From an uncultured Myxococcales bacterium (GTDB taxonomy: Bacteria; Myxococcota_A; Polyangia; Nannocystales; Nannocystaceae): a DNA stretch of 64,000 nucleotides. The translations under genes and the position numbers were made by a program. This document shows, piece by piece, positions 34,885 to 45,516 of this stretch (position 1 is the first letter of the stretch; the number at the start of each line of letters is the position of its first letter). The stretch lies in assembly GCA_902826865.1 (NCBI GenBank), contig CADEGN010000004.1:830-64829 (forward strand), read 5' to 3'. The notes below the pieces were generated by a model that had not been told where the DNA came from, did no database searches, and saw nothing but the letters and a program-made list of their open reading frames with translations.

Positions 34885-36761
34885 GTCCGCTGGACCTCCT
34901 CGAGCGCCTCGACGGTGGCGCGGATGTCTCGCAGTAGCTCGTCGGCCACGACCAGCCCCGTGCGCGCCTCGGCGGAGATAAGCCTGGCCACGAGTGCGTC
35001 GAGCGTGGCCGTGAGCCCGAGCAGCCGGGCGGCCCACGTGTCGCGTTCGTGCATGAACGCGCGGTGCTCTGGGTTTGACGGGTCGAAGTCTTTTTGAGTC
35101 ATCCAGCTCTCGATCTCGTCCATGCGCGCGCTCGCGACCATGGCGACGTTAACCGCGTGCGCCATCTCGGCCGCGGTCTCGTCTCGGACCTGCGGAGGTG
35201 CACGGCGGACCAACGCCAGCACCCGGCCAACCACCGCGCCGAGGGCCTCTCGGTGTCGCCGTTCGCGGATCTGGGGAACCGTGAACTGCAGCGCGCGCAC
35301 CCGTTGATCGAGCGCGGCGGGTAGGGCCGCCCGCGTTGTCGGGGTGGATGCGACGGTCGTGCGGCTGGCGGAAGCCGCCGTGACGCCCGCCGTGATCGCC
35401 ACCGCCACGATCACGAGCGGAAACAAGACCACCATGAGCGGCATGTACGTCAGCGACGGCGCCAATACGATCGCCGCCACCAGGGAAGCGCGTCGGCTGG
35501 TCATGCGACGCACGTGCGTGAGCATCTGCGGGTGCGAAATGCCCAACTTGGTGGCGTCGGCCTGGAGTCCGAGCCGTGCGATCGAGTCGACGATCGAGTT
35601 GGCGCTGGCGAGGCTCACGTCGCGGACCAGCACGAACGGAAATCGCGGAATTTCCCGGCGTAGCTTGCTGGGATCGAAGCCGACGCCGGCGTTAGCCTGC
35701 AACCATTCGACCAGGCGGTCACGGCGGGTGCTGTCGAGCTTGTCGGAGATCCGCCCTGGGCCGGAGACTAAGACGCGATACTCCCCGGATTCGATGATCA
35801 CCGGGGCCGCGCCGCAGCGGAAGCACACGCGCACGTCCTCGAGGATGTCGCCCCCGCAGCCGGCGCAGCGACCGGCACCGACGAGGTCGGGTGATGGTGC
35901 CTCGGCGCCAAGCGTTGCCAAGGCGACGCTTTGGGGCGCGCGCAGTTCGATCAATATATTGGCAATCGTCGCGCTTGATTGCGGGCGATCACCCGGCGAC
36001 TTGGCGAGTAGCCGACGCACGAGCCGATCAAAGCCGGGGGAAACGCGCGGGTGGAGGCTGGGGATCGGCGCGGTGCGATGGGCCTCGAGCAGGGCAAAGG
36101 GCGTCGCTCCGGAGTAGGGAGGCGCACCGTTGGCGAGCTCGAACATCATGCAGCCGAGCGCGTAGAAATCGGTGCGCGGATCGACCGCGAGTGGGTCAAG
36201 ACATTCGGGTGCCATGTAGGGCGGCGTGCCGAGCACGGTCAGCGCCCCGCGATCGGCCTCGGCGAACGAAGAGGCCCGGGCCATGCCAAAGTCCGCGATC
36301 TTTGGAACCCACCCCGAGTCGCCTCGGGCCAGAAGGACGTTGGCTGGCTTGAGGTCCCGGTGGATGACACCACCCGCATGGGCGTGGGCGAGACCACTGG
36401 CGATCCCAACCGCGAGCTCGATGATTTCGTGCTCAGGCAGGGTTCCCTGGCGCGCGAGGTAGCGCGCGAGGGTCGGCCCCTCCACGAGTTCCATCACCAT
36501 CGCGACGTGGCCGGCGATGATGTCGGTTCCCCAGACGCGTACCAGGTTGTCGGCGACGAGTCTGGCCGACAGCTCTGCCTCACGCTGAAATCGCGTGCGG
36601 GCGCCCTCGTCGCGTTGATGGCGCGGGTGGAGCAGCTTGGCGGCGTAGACATTGCCAGTCACGCGATCGCGCACGCGGACGACCCGGGCGATCGCACCGC
36701 TGCCGATCTCATCGCCGAGCTCCCAGCGCTCCCCCAAATCCTGGATTGCGCTCGGGTTCAT
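34881..36761 (-). CDS. Ser/Thr protein kinase with zinc ribbon, TM region and helical C-terminal domain
   Basis: Canonical motifs [49 protein letters not shown], followed by CAGCG..CFRCG. The start is taken at ATG 36761 (MNPSAIQDL..). Confidence 0.85.
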   Translation of the reverse strand: MNPSAIQDLGERWELGDEIGSGAIARVVRVRDRVTGNVYAAKLLHPRHQRDEGARTRFQREAELSARLVADNLVRVWGTDIIAGHVAMVMELVEGPTLARYLARQGTLPEHEIIELAVGIASGLAHAHAGGVIHRDLKPANVLLARGDSGWVPKIADFGMARASSFAEADRGALTVLGTPPYMAPECLDPLAVDPRTDFYALGCMMFELANGAPPYSGATPFALLEAHRTAPIPSLHPRVSPGFDRLVRRLLAKSPGDRPQSSATIANILIELRAPQSVALATLGAEAPSPDLVGAGRCAGCGGDILEDVRVCFRCGAAPVIIESGEYRVLVSGPGRISDKLDSTRRDRLVEWLQANAGVGFDPSKLRREIPRFPFVLVRDVSLASANSIVDSIARLGLQADATKLGISHPQMLTHVRRMTSRRASLVAAIVLAPSLTYMPLMVVLFPLVIVAVAITAGVTAASASRTTVASTPTTRAALPAALDQRVRALQFTVPQIRERRHREALGAVVGRVLALVRRAPPQVRDETAAEMAHAVNVAMVASARMDEIESWMTQKDFDPSNPEHRAFMHERDTWAARLLGLTATLDALVARLISAEARTGLVVADELLRDIRATVEALEEVQRT

Positions 36762-36865
36762 GGGCGGCCGTTTGGAGGATAGCGCTAAGCGGCGAGCGCT
36801 CCAGTGCGCGGGCGGCAAATCTGCGGCTAGGCGGGGCGAACGTGCTACAACGCCAGCGACGAGCC

Positions 36866-37309
36866 ATGCGCACCCTCGCGCTCGACGTCGGGAGCAAGAC
36901 CATCGGCCTCGCGATCAGCGACGAGGACGGGATCATTGCGAACGCCCTGTGCACGCTGGCCCGCCGCGGCCACGCCGACGACGCCCGCGACATTGCCGCG
37001 CGCGTGCGCGAGCGGGCCGTGCGTCGCGTGGTGGTGGGCCTGCCGCTCGAGCTCGACGGGCGCGAGGGACGGCGTGCTCGTGCGGTGCATGCCTTCGTCG
37101 CGGCTTTGCGGACCGAGCTTGACGCTGCGGTGGATGTCGCGACGTGGGACGAGCGTTTCTCGACTGCGGCGGCCGAGCGCACCTTACTCGAGGCAGATCT
37201 GTCCCGAAGCAAGCGCAAGCAGCACGTTGACGCAGTGGCGGCGCAGTTCATCCTCCAGGGTTGGCTCGATGCCCAAGCCCGACGCGCGGAGCCGGGGGGC
37301 ACGGCATGA
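36866..37309 (+). CDS. ruvX: Holliday-junction-resolvase-like nuclease YqgF/RuvX
   Basis: [43 protein letters not shown], the classic YqgF layout. Confidence 0.9.
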   Translation: MRTLALDVGSKTIGLAISDEDGIIANALCTLARRGHADDARDIAARVRERAVRRVVVGLPLELDGREGRRARAVHAFVAALRTELDAAVDVATWDERFSTAAAERTLLEADLSRSKRKQHVDAVAAQFILQGWLDAQARRAEPGGTA

Positions 37310-38478
37310 CGGCCAGGCCTATGTGGTGGAAGCTCCGGCGCTCGCGTCGGACCCAGCGTTGGGCGCTCGCGGCCGTGGTGCTAACCCTGGTTGTCGTGGT
37401 GTGGGTTGCGCGCTCGGCGTACCAGGAGCTGATCGCGTATCCCGATCGGCCCGGTCGCGGGACGAGCGATCCAATCGACGTGGTTATCCCGCAAGGTGCG
37501 AGCTTCCCAGAGGTGCTGGCTCTGCTCGTCGCCAGCGGAGTGTTGCCGGAAGAAGAGGCGACACAGTTTCGCCTACTCGTCTTGCACAAGGGCGCGGCGC
37601 GCAAAGTCACCGCCGGCCCCCACCGCCTCCGCGGCGACATGACGCCAGTGGAGATCATCGAAGAACTCCAGCGCAAGCAGAAGCGCAAGAGCGTCACGGT
37701 GACGGTGCCCGAGGGCAAGAACATGCTCGACGTGGCGCAGATCCTCGCCGCAGCCGGTCTCGCCGACGCCGCGAGCCTCGAAGCGGCAATGCGCGACAAA
37801 GCGGCGCTCGGCCCCCTCGGCATTCCCGGCGAGACGGCGGAGGGTTACCTTTTCCCCGACACCTATCAGTTCAACCTCGACGACCCGGCCGCCCATATCG
37901 TCGCCAAACTCGTCCAGCGCAACCGCGAGGTGTTCGCCGATCTGAAACGCCGCTACCGTGCCGAAGCCGAAGACCTAGCGGATGACCTCGGTTGGGACGA
38001 CGACGACATCATCACGCTGGCCTCCATCGTCGAGAAGGAGACCGGCGCCAAGCACGAGCGCCCGCTCATCGCGGGCGTGTTCCTCAACCGGCTGCGCTTC
38101 TCCAGCTTCAAGCCCAAGCGGCTCGAAACTGACCCAACGATCATCTACGGTTGCACCGTGCCGGCGCAAAAGTCGGACGCGTGCAAACAGTTTGAGGGCC
38201 GGATTCGCCGCATCCATCTGCGCGACCCGGACAACCCCTACAACACGTACACGCACGAGGGTCTGCCGCCCGGGCCGATCTCGAACCCCGGCCGGGCCGC
38301 GATCGAGGCCGTGTTCGCCCCTAAGAAGAGTCGGTTTCTCTACTTCGTGGCGCGCAACGACGGCACCCATCAGTTCAGCAAGACGGTGGGCGAGCACGAG
38401 GCTGCGGTCGAGCTCTTTCAACGCCGTGGTGCGGTGGGCGACGGTTCAGCGGCGGGGTCGGTCGACGACGCCGGTTGA
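37306..38478 (+). CDS. mltG: Endolytic murein transglycosylase MltG (YceG)
   Basis: N-terminal [54 protein letters not shown] overlap with ruvX. Confidence 0.9.
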   Translation: MTARPMWWKLRRSRRTQRWALAAVVLTLVVVVWVARSAYQELIAYPDRPGRGTSDPIDVVIPQGASFPEVLALLVASGVLPEEEATQFRLLVLHKGAARKVTAGPHRLRGDMTPVEIIEELQRKQKRKSVTVTVPEGKNMLDVAQILAAAGLADAASLEAAMRDKAALGPLGIPGETAEGYLFPDTYQFNLDDPAAHIVAKLVQRNREVFADLKRRYRAEAEDLADDLGWDDDDIITLASIVEKETGAKHERPLIAGVFLNRLRFSSFKPKRLETDPTIIYGCTVPAQKSDACKQFEGRIRRIHLRDPDNPYNTYTHEGLPPGPISNPGRAAIEAVFAPKKSRFLYFVARNDGTHQFSKTVGEHEAAVELFQRRGAVGDGSAAGSVDDAG

Positions 38479-39242
38479 CGCCGCGCGTGCGTGATCACCC
38501 ATCCGCTGGCCTTGCGCAGCAGCTCGAGCTGCGTGCCATCTGCGGTGGTGATCGCCGCCCGGCGATCGGACGCCGCATCGACGTTGCCGGCCGGCGCCCA
38601 GCCGCCGCCGGCGAGCCCAGCGATGGCCGGGGCGAGGAGGTCGTCGGTGAGCAGCGCGTCGTTGTCGAGCCCCTGGGCAACCAGCGAGATGGCAGACAGT
38701 CGGGCCCATACTGCCGTGGTGCGATTGTTCGCTACCTGGGCGGCCGCCGCCATGCGGGCGAGCGCGTCGGCGGCGCGTGCCGCAGGAATTCCGAGCGCTC
38801 GGTGAAGGTCCGACCCCGGGGTGGCCAACTCGACGCGAAGTCGCTCGCGTACCTTTTGTTCAGGGTCCGGCTGCGCAGCGAGGTCCCACCGCAGGATCAC
38901 CTCAGGCGCTTCCACGCGGATAAGCGTGCCCTTGTCGTTGCGTTGGTCGAATCTCCATAGCTCGATCACCGGCTCCGCACCCGGGCGGGCCACCGCGGCA
39001 ACGATTCGCAGTTCCGCCCGATCCCGGATGGCCAATTCGACGATCGGTTGGGCGAGCTCTCCGTCGGCGAGGGCGTCGGCGAGTGTCTGCCGATAGCGGT
39101 ATGGGCCTTCGCTTGGGGGCGGTGTTTCAACGGCCTGCGCTGCACCGGCAACTGGCTGCGGGACCGCGTCGCTTGTCCCCGCGCCGCCGCACCCCAGCGG
39201 TTCAAGCGTCCCAACAAGGACTGCAGCCACGATGCCGGGCAT
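38418..39242 (-). CDS. Hypothetical secreted protein or lipoprotein
   Basis: ATG 39242 gives MPGIVAAVLVGTLEPLGCGG. No domain recognised. The 3' end overlaps mltG convergently by about 60 nt. The track ORF extends to TTG 39359. Confidence 0.5.
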   Translation of the reverse strand: MPGIVAAVLVGTLEPLGCGGAGTSDAVPQPVAGAAQAVETPPPSEGPYRYRQTLADALADGELAQPIVELAIRDRAELRIVAAVARPGAEPVIELWRFDQRNDKGTLIRVEAPEVILRWDLAAQPDPEQKVRERLRVELATPGSDLHRALGIPAARAADALARMAAAAQVANNRTTAVWARLSAISLVAQGLDNDALLTDDLLAPAIAGLAGGGWAPAGNVDAASDRRAAITTADGTQLELLRKASGWVITHARRQPASSTDPAAEPSPTAPRR

Positions 39243-39257
39243 GCCGACCGCCGCGCG

Positions 39258-39338
39258 GACCGGGGAGTGGCCCAGAGCGTGGGCCAGAGCGAGGCCCAGA
39301 GCGCGGGCCGGAGTGCGGGCCGGAGTGGAAGCGAGAGC
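39258..39338 (-). repeat. 12-bp tandem repeat, about 6 imperfect units (ggcccagagcgN)
   Basis: The period-12 array gcccagagcgtg/ggccagagcgag/gcccagagcgcg/ggccggagtgcg/ggccggagtgga lies just upstream of the preferred start. It lies within the N-terminus (..ARALGLALAHALGH..) if the TTG start is used. Confidence 0.6.
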
Positions 39339-39408
39339 GCGGGGATCCATCGCTTGCAAAACGCTGCCGCGCTAGAGACCGACTCGTCAAGCGTGGTACC
39401 GTGAGTGT

Positions 39409-40506
39409 GTGAGCAATCGTCTGCGTCGCACGACGCCGCAACCGCCCCGAACCCCGGGGGCCTTGCTGGCAGGTCTGATCGCGATCGCACTCGTATCTGC
39501 GGACATTCAGCGAGCGTTTGCGCGGCCGATCGCCCTCGTCGAGGCCGGGGTGGAAGCGCCGCGGCCGCGCGCAGCGATCCTTCCATTGGCGGTCGAGGGC
39601 GAGCTCAGCGAGGTGGACCGCAAGGCACTCACGGCCGAGCTGGTGGAGGGCCTACGTCGCGGTGCCTTCGACATCGTCGAGCCTGACGCCGTCGTGGCGG
39701 AAGCGCCGACAGCCGGTTCGTGCGGGGATTCCGGTTGCTTCCAGGAGATCGCCAAGCAGACAGGCGCGACCCACATCGTTCGCGCGCGCGTCCGCGTGGT
39801 CGACCGTGACTACGACGTGAGAGTTGAGCTCGCGGACGGAAAATCCGGGTCCACCATGGCGACCAGTGAGGAGGGCTGCGAGATCTGTGGGATCCAGGAT
39901 GCCGGCAGCCTCGTCAACTCGGCGGCGGCGACCCTGCGGACCAAGCTCGACGCCCTCGCCAAGGGTCCGGCCAGTCTTGGTGTGCGCAGCGAGCCCGCCG
40001 ATGCTGAGGTCAGGATCGATGGGCAGGCCATGGGCGTAACTCCGCTACAGATGCCGGTGATTCCGGGCAAGCGGATCATCCGGGTCACCAAAGAGGGTTA
40101 CATCGCCGTCGAGCGCGAGGTGACTGTCGTCGAGGGAATGGCGGAGGAGATCTCGTTCTCGCTGCAGAAGCTTCCGTCCCGCCTACCGAAGCGCCCGTGG
40201 GGATTCGTCGCGCTCGGCCTGGGTATCGCGGGCGTCGGCGTCGCCACAACCTTCGCGGTTTTCGACGACCGCCCCTACCAACTGGGGGGCGCCTGTTCTG
40301 GGTCGAACAAGGACGCACTCGGCCGGTGCCGGCGCCTGTGGGATACGGAGTGGATCGCGTTCGGTACCGCCCTCGCCGCCGCGACCCTCGTGACGCTGGG
40401 TGTCGCGGTGCTGCTGACGTCAAGCCGACGCAAACGCGACGCACGCAAACAAAAAGCACGGGTTGGAATCGGTCCCGGGTCGCTCGTCGTCTCCGGCCGT
40501 TTTTAG
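39409..40506 (+). CDS. PEGA-domain membrane protein
   Basis: Signal/TM at the N-terminus. PEGA module LGVRSEPADAEVRIDGQAMGVTPLQMPVIPGKRIIRVTKEGYIAVEREVTV. TM segments flank a short Cys-containing loop near the C-terminus. Confidence 0.75.
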   Translation: MSNRLRRTTPQPPRTPGALLAGLIAIALVSADIQRAFARPIALVEAGVEAPRPRAAILPLAVEGELSEVDRKALTAELVEGLRRGAFDIVEPDAVVAEAPTAGSCGDSGCFQEIAKQTGATHIVRARVRVVDRDYDVRVELADGKSGSTMATSEEGCEICGIQDAGSLVNSAAATLRTKLDALAKGPASLGVRSEPADAEVRIDGQAMGVTPLQMPVIPGKRIIRVTKEGYIAVEREVTVVEGMAEEISFSLQKLPSRLPKRPWGFVALGLGIAGVGVATTFAVFDDRPYQLGGACSGSNKDALGRCRRLWDTEWIAFGTALAAATLVTLGVAVLLTSSRRKRDARKQKARVGIGPGSLVVSGRF

Positions 40507-40563
40507 CGTTTTGAGCCGAGATTGCAGCCGGTCGGGGCGAGACGCGTCGAGGCTGCGGGATCG

Positions 40564-42951
40564 TCAACCCCCTAGTTTCGTCCTCGCGCGGGCGATGCGA
40601 TCGTCCGCCTTGCTCGAACCCTGCTTCTTGGCCTGCTCGTATTGAGCGAGCGCGTCCTTGTAGCGCAGCACCTTGTAGTACGCATCGCCGAGCTTGATCC
40701 GAAAACCGTGATTGGCCGGTGATGCGGCCACTGCCTTCTCGGCGAACACGACGGCCTTCTGATCGTTACCGGTGTCAAAGTAGATATCGGAAAGACCCAT
40801 CAGCGCGGTGGCGTTGGTGTGATCGTGACCGATCGACTGGTGGAACAATGTGGTCGCGTCGCTCCGCCTGCCTGCCCGCAGCGCCGCGAGCCCCTGCTCG
40901 GCGAGGGCCTTGGCGGCTGCGGGATCGCGCGAGGCGTTTCCCAGCAGGGCGCGGGGATCTTGGCCGAGGTTCTTCTTTTTCTTGCTCGCCTTGGCGTCCG
41001 ACTCGGCGAGCCCTGGCGCCGGCGGTGTGGTGGCGGACAACGGAGCGATCGCGGATGCGACGGGCGGCTCAGCGCTTGCCGATCGTTCGCTGCGTCGCAG
41101 TCGTTCGGCGCGCGCGCGAGCGGGAAGGTTCGTCATGACCGCCACCTGGGCATTGGTCGACACCGAATTGCCGGCGACGGCCTCCTCGAGTTCCGCCTCG
41201 CGTTCCGCCTTCACGTCCGGGTCTGAGACAGCTTGGGTCCCCGCGGCGAACGCAAGGAAGCGCTCGTCATCCGAGAACGCACCCGTCTTGGCGTGCTCGA
41301 GAAAGCGAGCGAACATCACCGTGTCGATGCCGGCTCGCTTCCAGGCGATCTCGTTGTTGGGATCGAATGCCAGCGACCACAGGTAGTGGTTTGCGGCGGC
41401 CAGCGACGCCTGCTGTTCGTCGAGGTTCTCCGCCTGGCGTGTGAGGGTCGCGGCGAACTCGTTGCGCAGCTCGCCAGCGCGGGTATCTGCTGCCTCGGCC
41501 GCATCTCCCTCGAGCGCCTCGAGCTCGAGGACCTTGCGATAGGCCGTGGCCGCCTCCGGCTCCCGCCAGGGTGGCACGACCCAGTTGGCCTTGGCCGCCG
41601 CATCGAGCGCCCCGGCGGCGATCGTGTCGAGCTCACTTCGGTCGGGCTCTTGCGGCTGCTCCGATGGTTCGCGGCGCGCGAGGAACAGGCCGAGCGCGAG
41701 CGCGGCGGCGGTACTCGTCGCCGCGACAGTCGGCCATAGCCAGCGCCGGCGTTTGATTTCACCCACCGGCGAGGGCATGCGCGCTTGCAGGCGGGCGGCT
41801 CGTTCACGATCGGCGAGCTCGGGGACCGGCAGATCGTCCCACTCGGTGCGAAGTTTGAGCTCGATCTGCGCCTCGCACAGAGCTGCCTCGAGCTCAGCCA
41901 TGTTGGCGTAGCGATCGCGCGGGGACTTCGCGAGGCACTGCAGCAGCACGCGATCGAGTGCTTCCGGTAGATTCAGTTCCGGTCGTCGTTGGCTCGGTGG
42001 CGTGGGCGCCGCGTCGAGTTGCTTCTGCAGCAGCGCGGACACTTCCTCGGCGTCGAAGGGCGGAACCCCCGTGAGGAGTTCGTAGGCTGTGCAGCCCAGC
42101 GCGTAGACGTCGAGTCGGCCGTCGAACGGTCGGCCCAAGATCTGCTCGGGCGCCATGTAATGGGGCGTGCCCGCGATGACCTGCTCACCCGTTTGGCCAA
42201 CGGCCAACATCGCTGAGATGCCGAAGTCGACGATCTTCACGCGGTCGCGCCGCCCGGCCGCGGTCGTGATGATCAGGTTCTCGGGCTTGACGTCACGGTG
42301 GACCACGCCCGCCGCGTGTGCGCCAGCAAGCCCTTTGCACACCTGCCGGAGGATGGCGATCAGGCGCGCCGGTGAGAGTGTCTGCTGTGAGTCCGCCGGG
42401 ACAAGATCTCCGCCATGGAGCATTTCCATGGCGAAGAAAAGGCGACCATCGGGCAGCTCGCCGAAGTCAAAGATCTCGACGATGTACTGCGAGCCGAGCC
42501 GGCTTGCAGCCCGCGCCTCGTCGCGGAACACCTTCACCATGTGCGGGTTGCGGCTGAGATCGAAGCGCAGGATCTTGAGCGCAACGCGGCGCTCGATGTC
42601 GATGTGCTCGGCCTCGTAGACCACTCCCATCCCGCCTTCGCCCAGCCAGCGAAGAATGCGGTAGCGCGTGCCTGGGACAACGCGACCGGAGGTCAGTCGG
42701 ATGCGCGGAGACTCGCCGCCCGCGTCGGTCAGGGCAGCATTTTGCACCCGGGTCCCGAAACGGTCGCGGGGACGCGGGATCGCGGACTCCGGGGCTGACG
42801 CTGCCTCCGCCTGGGTGTGGGGCTGCGATGAGGCCGGCGGTACAACGCCGCCGGCTGCGACACGGGTGCGTTGGGCGTGGCGAGGCGGAATGGTGGGCGC
42901 GCGGTCCAACGGGAATGTGTCTTTTTCGATCGCAAGTGGCGTCTTCGCCAT
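40564..42951 (-). CDS. Ser/Thr protein kinase with TM segment and C-terminal TPR domain
   Basis: GEGGMGVVY, VALKIL, HRDVKPENLII, DFGIS, GTPHYMAPE. TM WLWPTVAATSTAAALALGLFLA. C-terminal TPR repeats (..GLSDIYFDTGNDQKAVVFAEKAVAASP..GDAYYKVLRYKDALAQYEQA..). Confidence 0.85.
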   Translation of the reverse strand: MAKTPLAIEKDTFPLDRAPTIPPRHAQRTRVAAGGVVPPASSQPHTQAEAASAPESAIPRPRDRFGTRVQNAALTDAGGESPRIRLTSGRVVPGTRYRILRWLGEGGMGVVYEAEHIDIERRVALKILRFDLSRNPHMVKVFRDEARAASRLGSQYIVEIFDFGELPDGRLFFAMEMLHGGDLVPADSQQTLSPARLIAILRQVCKGLAGAHAAGVVHRDVKPENLIITTAAGRRDRVKIVDFGISAMLAVGQTGEQVIAGTPHYMAPEQILGRPFDGRLDVYALGCTAYELLTGVPPFDAEEVSALLQKQLDAAPTPPSQRRPELNLPEALDRVLLQCLAKSPRDRYANMAELEAALCEAQIELKLRTEWDDLPVPELADRERAARLQARMPSPVGEIKRRRWLWPTVAATSTAAALALGLFLARREPSEQPQEPDRSELDTIAAGALDAAAKANWVVPPWREPEAATAYRKVLELEALEGDAAEAADTRAGELRNEFAATLTRQAENLDEQQASLAAANHYLWSLAFDPNNEIAWKRAGIDTVMFARFLEHAKTGAFSDDERFLAFAAGTQAVSDPDVKAEREAELEEAVAGNSVSTNAQVAVMTNLPARARAERLRRSERSASAEPPVASAIAPLSATTPPAPGLAESDAKASKKKKNLGQDPRALLGNASRDPAAAKALAEQGLAALRAGRRSDATTLFHQSIGHDHTNATALMGLSDIYFDTGNDQKAVVFAEKAVAASPANHGFRIKLGDAYYKVLRYKDALAQYEQAKKQGSSKADDRIARARTKLGG

Positions 42952-43290
42952 GGCCGAGCTCGTCCCAGGATCTAGTCTACGGATGCGCGGGGGCCCATGC
43001 AAAGCCACGGATCGCCCGAGGCCGGGGTCGCGCAGCCACCCACGGTCGGTGCACCTCTGTCACCCGGCCCGAAATGAGCGCCTACTCGCCGATCAGGGCG
43101 GAAGTCGCTCGACCCACAACGCCCGGCAATTGCGAGCTCGTCCGCCTGGCGCGTCGACAAACGCGGGTTCGCGTGGGGCCGCGCGAGCGAAGGCTCCGGC
43201 GACGACGTGGGGGCGGGTCGGAGCTCGGAGCCCACGCGCAAGCGTGGGCCGACGATCCGAGCCGACGATCTGGGCCAACCCAGGGCGAAA

Positions 43291-43947
43291 TCAAATGGGC
43301 GATGCCATCCAGGTCCCTTCGCAGCCGACTGCCGGGCAAGCGAAGGTACCGCTCGCGTCCCCGCTGACTTCTTGCGCCCCCTCGAGCGAGCAGTCGCCGG
43401 CGATTGCACCCACTCCACCCGCGACGATCATGCCGTCCTCGTCGATGACCCCGTCGAAATTCACGGTATCGGGTCCGGTGAAGGTCCCCGTCACGGTGCC
43501 GTCGCCGGGGATCTCCAAGGTCATGTCGCCACTAATCGCGCCGAACATCGAGCAGTCGCCGCTGAACGTCCCGACGAGGCTCACCCCCGCGTTTCCGCTC
43601 TCGCTGCCGCCGCTAGAGCCGGCGCCGCCGGTCGACTCGGTGGCCATGCCGCCGCTGTCGGTGCCACCGGTGTCACCGGTGCCACCACCGGTGGAGTCCA
43701 TGCCGCCCTCGCCGTCCGACGTTGAACCACCGGGCCCACTGTCGGCACCCCCCGAGGAATCGGCCGCGGCCCCCGTCTCCGATTCACCGCCCTGGGTCAT
43801 GCCGGTTGCCGCGGCATCATCGGCTCCGCCACTCGATCCCTGGCCAGACGTCGAGGCAGGGCCCGTTTCCTGGGGAACGCCATCGTCGCTACAAGCCGCC
43901 GACATGCAAGCGATCGAAACAACGAATGAATGCAATCGAAGGGTCAT
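43291..43947 (-). CDS. Hypothetical lipoprotein with Gly/Ser/Thr/Asp linker
   Basis: Lipobox MTLRLHSFVVSIACMSAAC, a ~110-aa low-complexity linker, and a small Cys-containing C-terminal domain. Confidence 0.6.
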   Translation of the reverse strand: MTLRLHSFVVSIACMSAACSDDGVPQETGPASTSGQGSSGGADDAAATGMTQGGESETGAAADSSGGADSGPGGSTSDGEGGMDSTGGGTGDTGGTDSGGMATESTGGAGSSGGSESGNAGVSLVGTFSGDCSMFGAISGDMTLEIPGDGTVTGTFTGPDTVNFDGVIDEDGMIVAGGVGAIAGDCSLEGAQEVSGDASGTFACPAVGCEGTWMASPI

Positions 43948-44148
43948 GAGGCATTGACTCTAACCTCAATCCACCCGGTCGGGGTATGCCCTGAAAAACC
44001 GCCCAGGCGCGGGCGAAGTTACGCGCCCCCGCCGGCGGGGGTGCCGCGCCGCGTGCTGATCACGCCGGCCACGCAGTCCGTCGCCGCGTTGGAGGTCAGC
44101 CCTCGCGAGGGCATGAAGCTATGCGGCGGCGCGGGCATATAACCTCGC

Positions 44149-45288
44149 ATGCGCTCGAGCTCCCTGGTCCTCGCTGTCTCGTTGTCCGCCTGCGGAGCCG
44201 CCCCGCGCGGGGCCGACCCGACGCCGACCGGGATGAGTGAGAGCGGAGGCGGTTCGACGATCGGCACCGGCACCGAAGCCGACGACACTGGGCTCGATCC
44301 CACCGATAGCGTGCGCCTGGATCTACCGCCGGCACCGGCCAGCACGGGCACCAATGACACTGACGGCACCTGCACGAGCTTCATCGCGAAGGGGGACATC
44401 AACAAGCAGCCGGCAGACATCATCATCGTCGTCGACAACTCGCCGAGCATGCTCGACGAGGCCCACGCCGTGCGCGACAACCTCAACGCGTTCTCCGACC
44501 AGATTGTCGCCGCGGGGATCGACATCCGGGTGTTGCTGCTGACCTCGTATCCCGATCCAAACGCCGCTCCCGAGGTCGACACCGGCATATGCATCGATCC
44601 TCCGCTCGGCGGTGGCGGATGCCCGAGTACCGATACGAACCTGCCGCTTTTCGCCCATCTCCCCCTGGTGATCGGCTCGGTTCAGGCCCTTTCGGTGACG
44701 CTCCAAAGTCACGGGAGCTGGGCCGAGATGATGCGAAGCGGTTCGGGCAAGCATGTCATCGTCATCTCCGACGACGACGCGTTTCTCAGCGCTGAAGACT
44801 TCGACGAGCAGTTCCTCGCCCTTGATCCTCTCCACGCCGGCTATGCGTTTCATGGCATCGTGGCAACCGAGTTGTGCCCGGAGGCGGGCTCTGTTGGCAG
44901 CGAGTACATCGCCCTGGCCGAGCTCACTGGTGGGATCATCGGCGATCTGTGCGAGCAGGAATTCCAGCCGCTCTTCGACCAGCTGTCGACCGCGGTTCTC
45001 GAGGGCTCGGGGCTCGCTTGCAGCTGGCCGATGCCTGCGGCGCCCGAGGGCAAGCTCATCGACCCGGAGTCGATCGAGGTTCGGCTCGCGATCGACGGTG
45101 TGCAAGTCGATCCGTTTCACTTTCAAACAATGGATGGTTGTTCGCCCGGTGTGCATGGCTGGTACTACGACGACAACGATGCGCCGACCGAGTTGATCGC
45201 TTGCCCCGCGACCTGCGAAGTCCTGTCGAGCGGAGTGACGGCGGACCTCGAGGTCGACGTCGCTTGCGCGACGAACACGGCCGGATGA
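44149..45288 (+). CDS. von Willebrand factor A-domain lipoprotein
   Basis: Lipobox MRSSSLVLAVSLSAC. MIDAS-type motif IIIVVDNSPSM followed by a Rossmann-like alternation (HVIVISDDD). Cys-rich C-terminal part. Confidence 0.7.
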   Translation: MRSSSLVLAVSLSACGAAPRGADPTPTGMSESGGGSTIGTGTEADDTGLDPTDSVRLDLPPAPASTGTNDTDGTCTSFIAKGDINKQPADIIIVVDNSPSMLDEAHAVRDNLNAFSDQIVAAGIDIRVLLLTSYPDPNAAPEVDTGICIDPPLGGGGCPSTDTNLPLFAHLPLVIGSVQALSVTLQSHGSWAEMMRSGSGKHVIVISDDDAFLSAEDFDEQFLALDPLHAGYAFHGIVATELCPEAGSVGSEYIALAELTGGIIGDLCEQEFQPLFDQLSTAVLEGSGLACSWPMPAAPEGKLIDPESIEVRLAIDGVQVDPFHFQTMDGCSPGVHGWYYDDNDAPTELIACPATCEVLSSGVTADLEVDVACATNTAG

Positions 45289-45516
45289 GATGGGCGGTTC
45301 GCGGCGGCCCGCTCCCGCACGAACCAATGAAGTGCGGGAACGCGCGTGGGCTCGCCGTCCCTCGCCACGCAGCCGCTGCCCCGCGACCAGCAGGATTGCC
45401 GCCGTCGCCGCCAGGCCGAAGCCGCCGTTGCTCGCTCTGTGCTGGCAAAACGTCAGCGGCACTGGACGCGGGGGCGGCTACCGCCCATGCTCCGCGGCCC
45501 ACTTGCCCGGCTGTCG

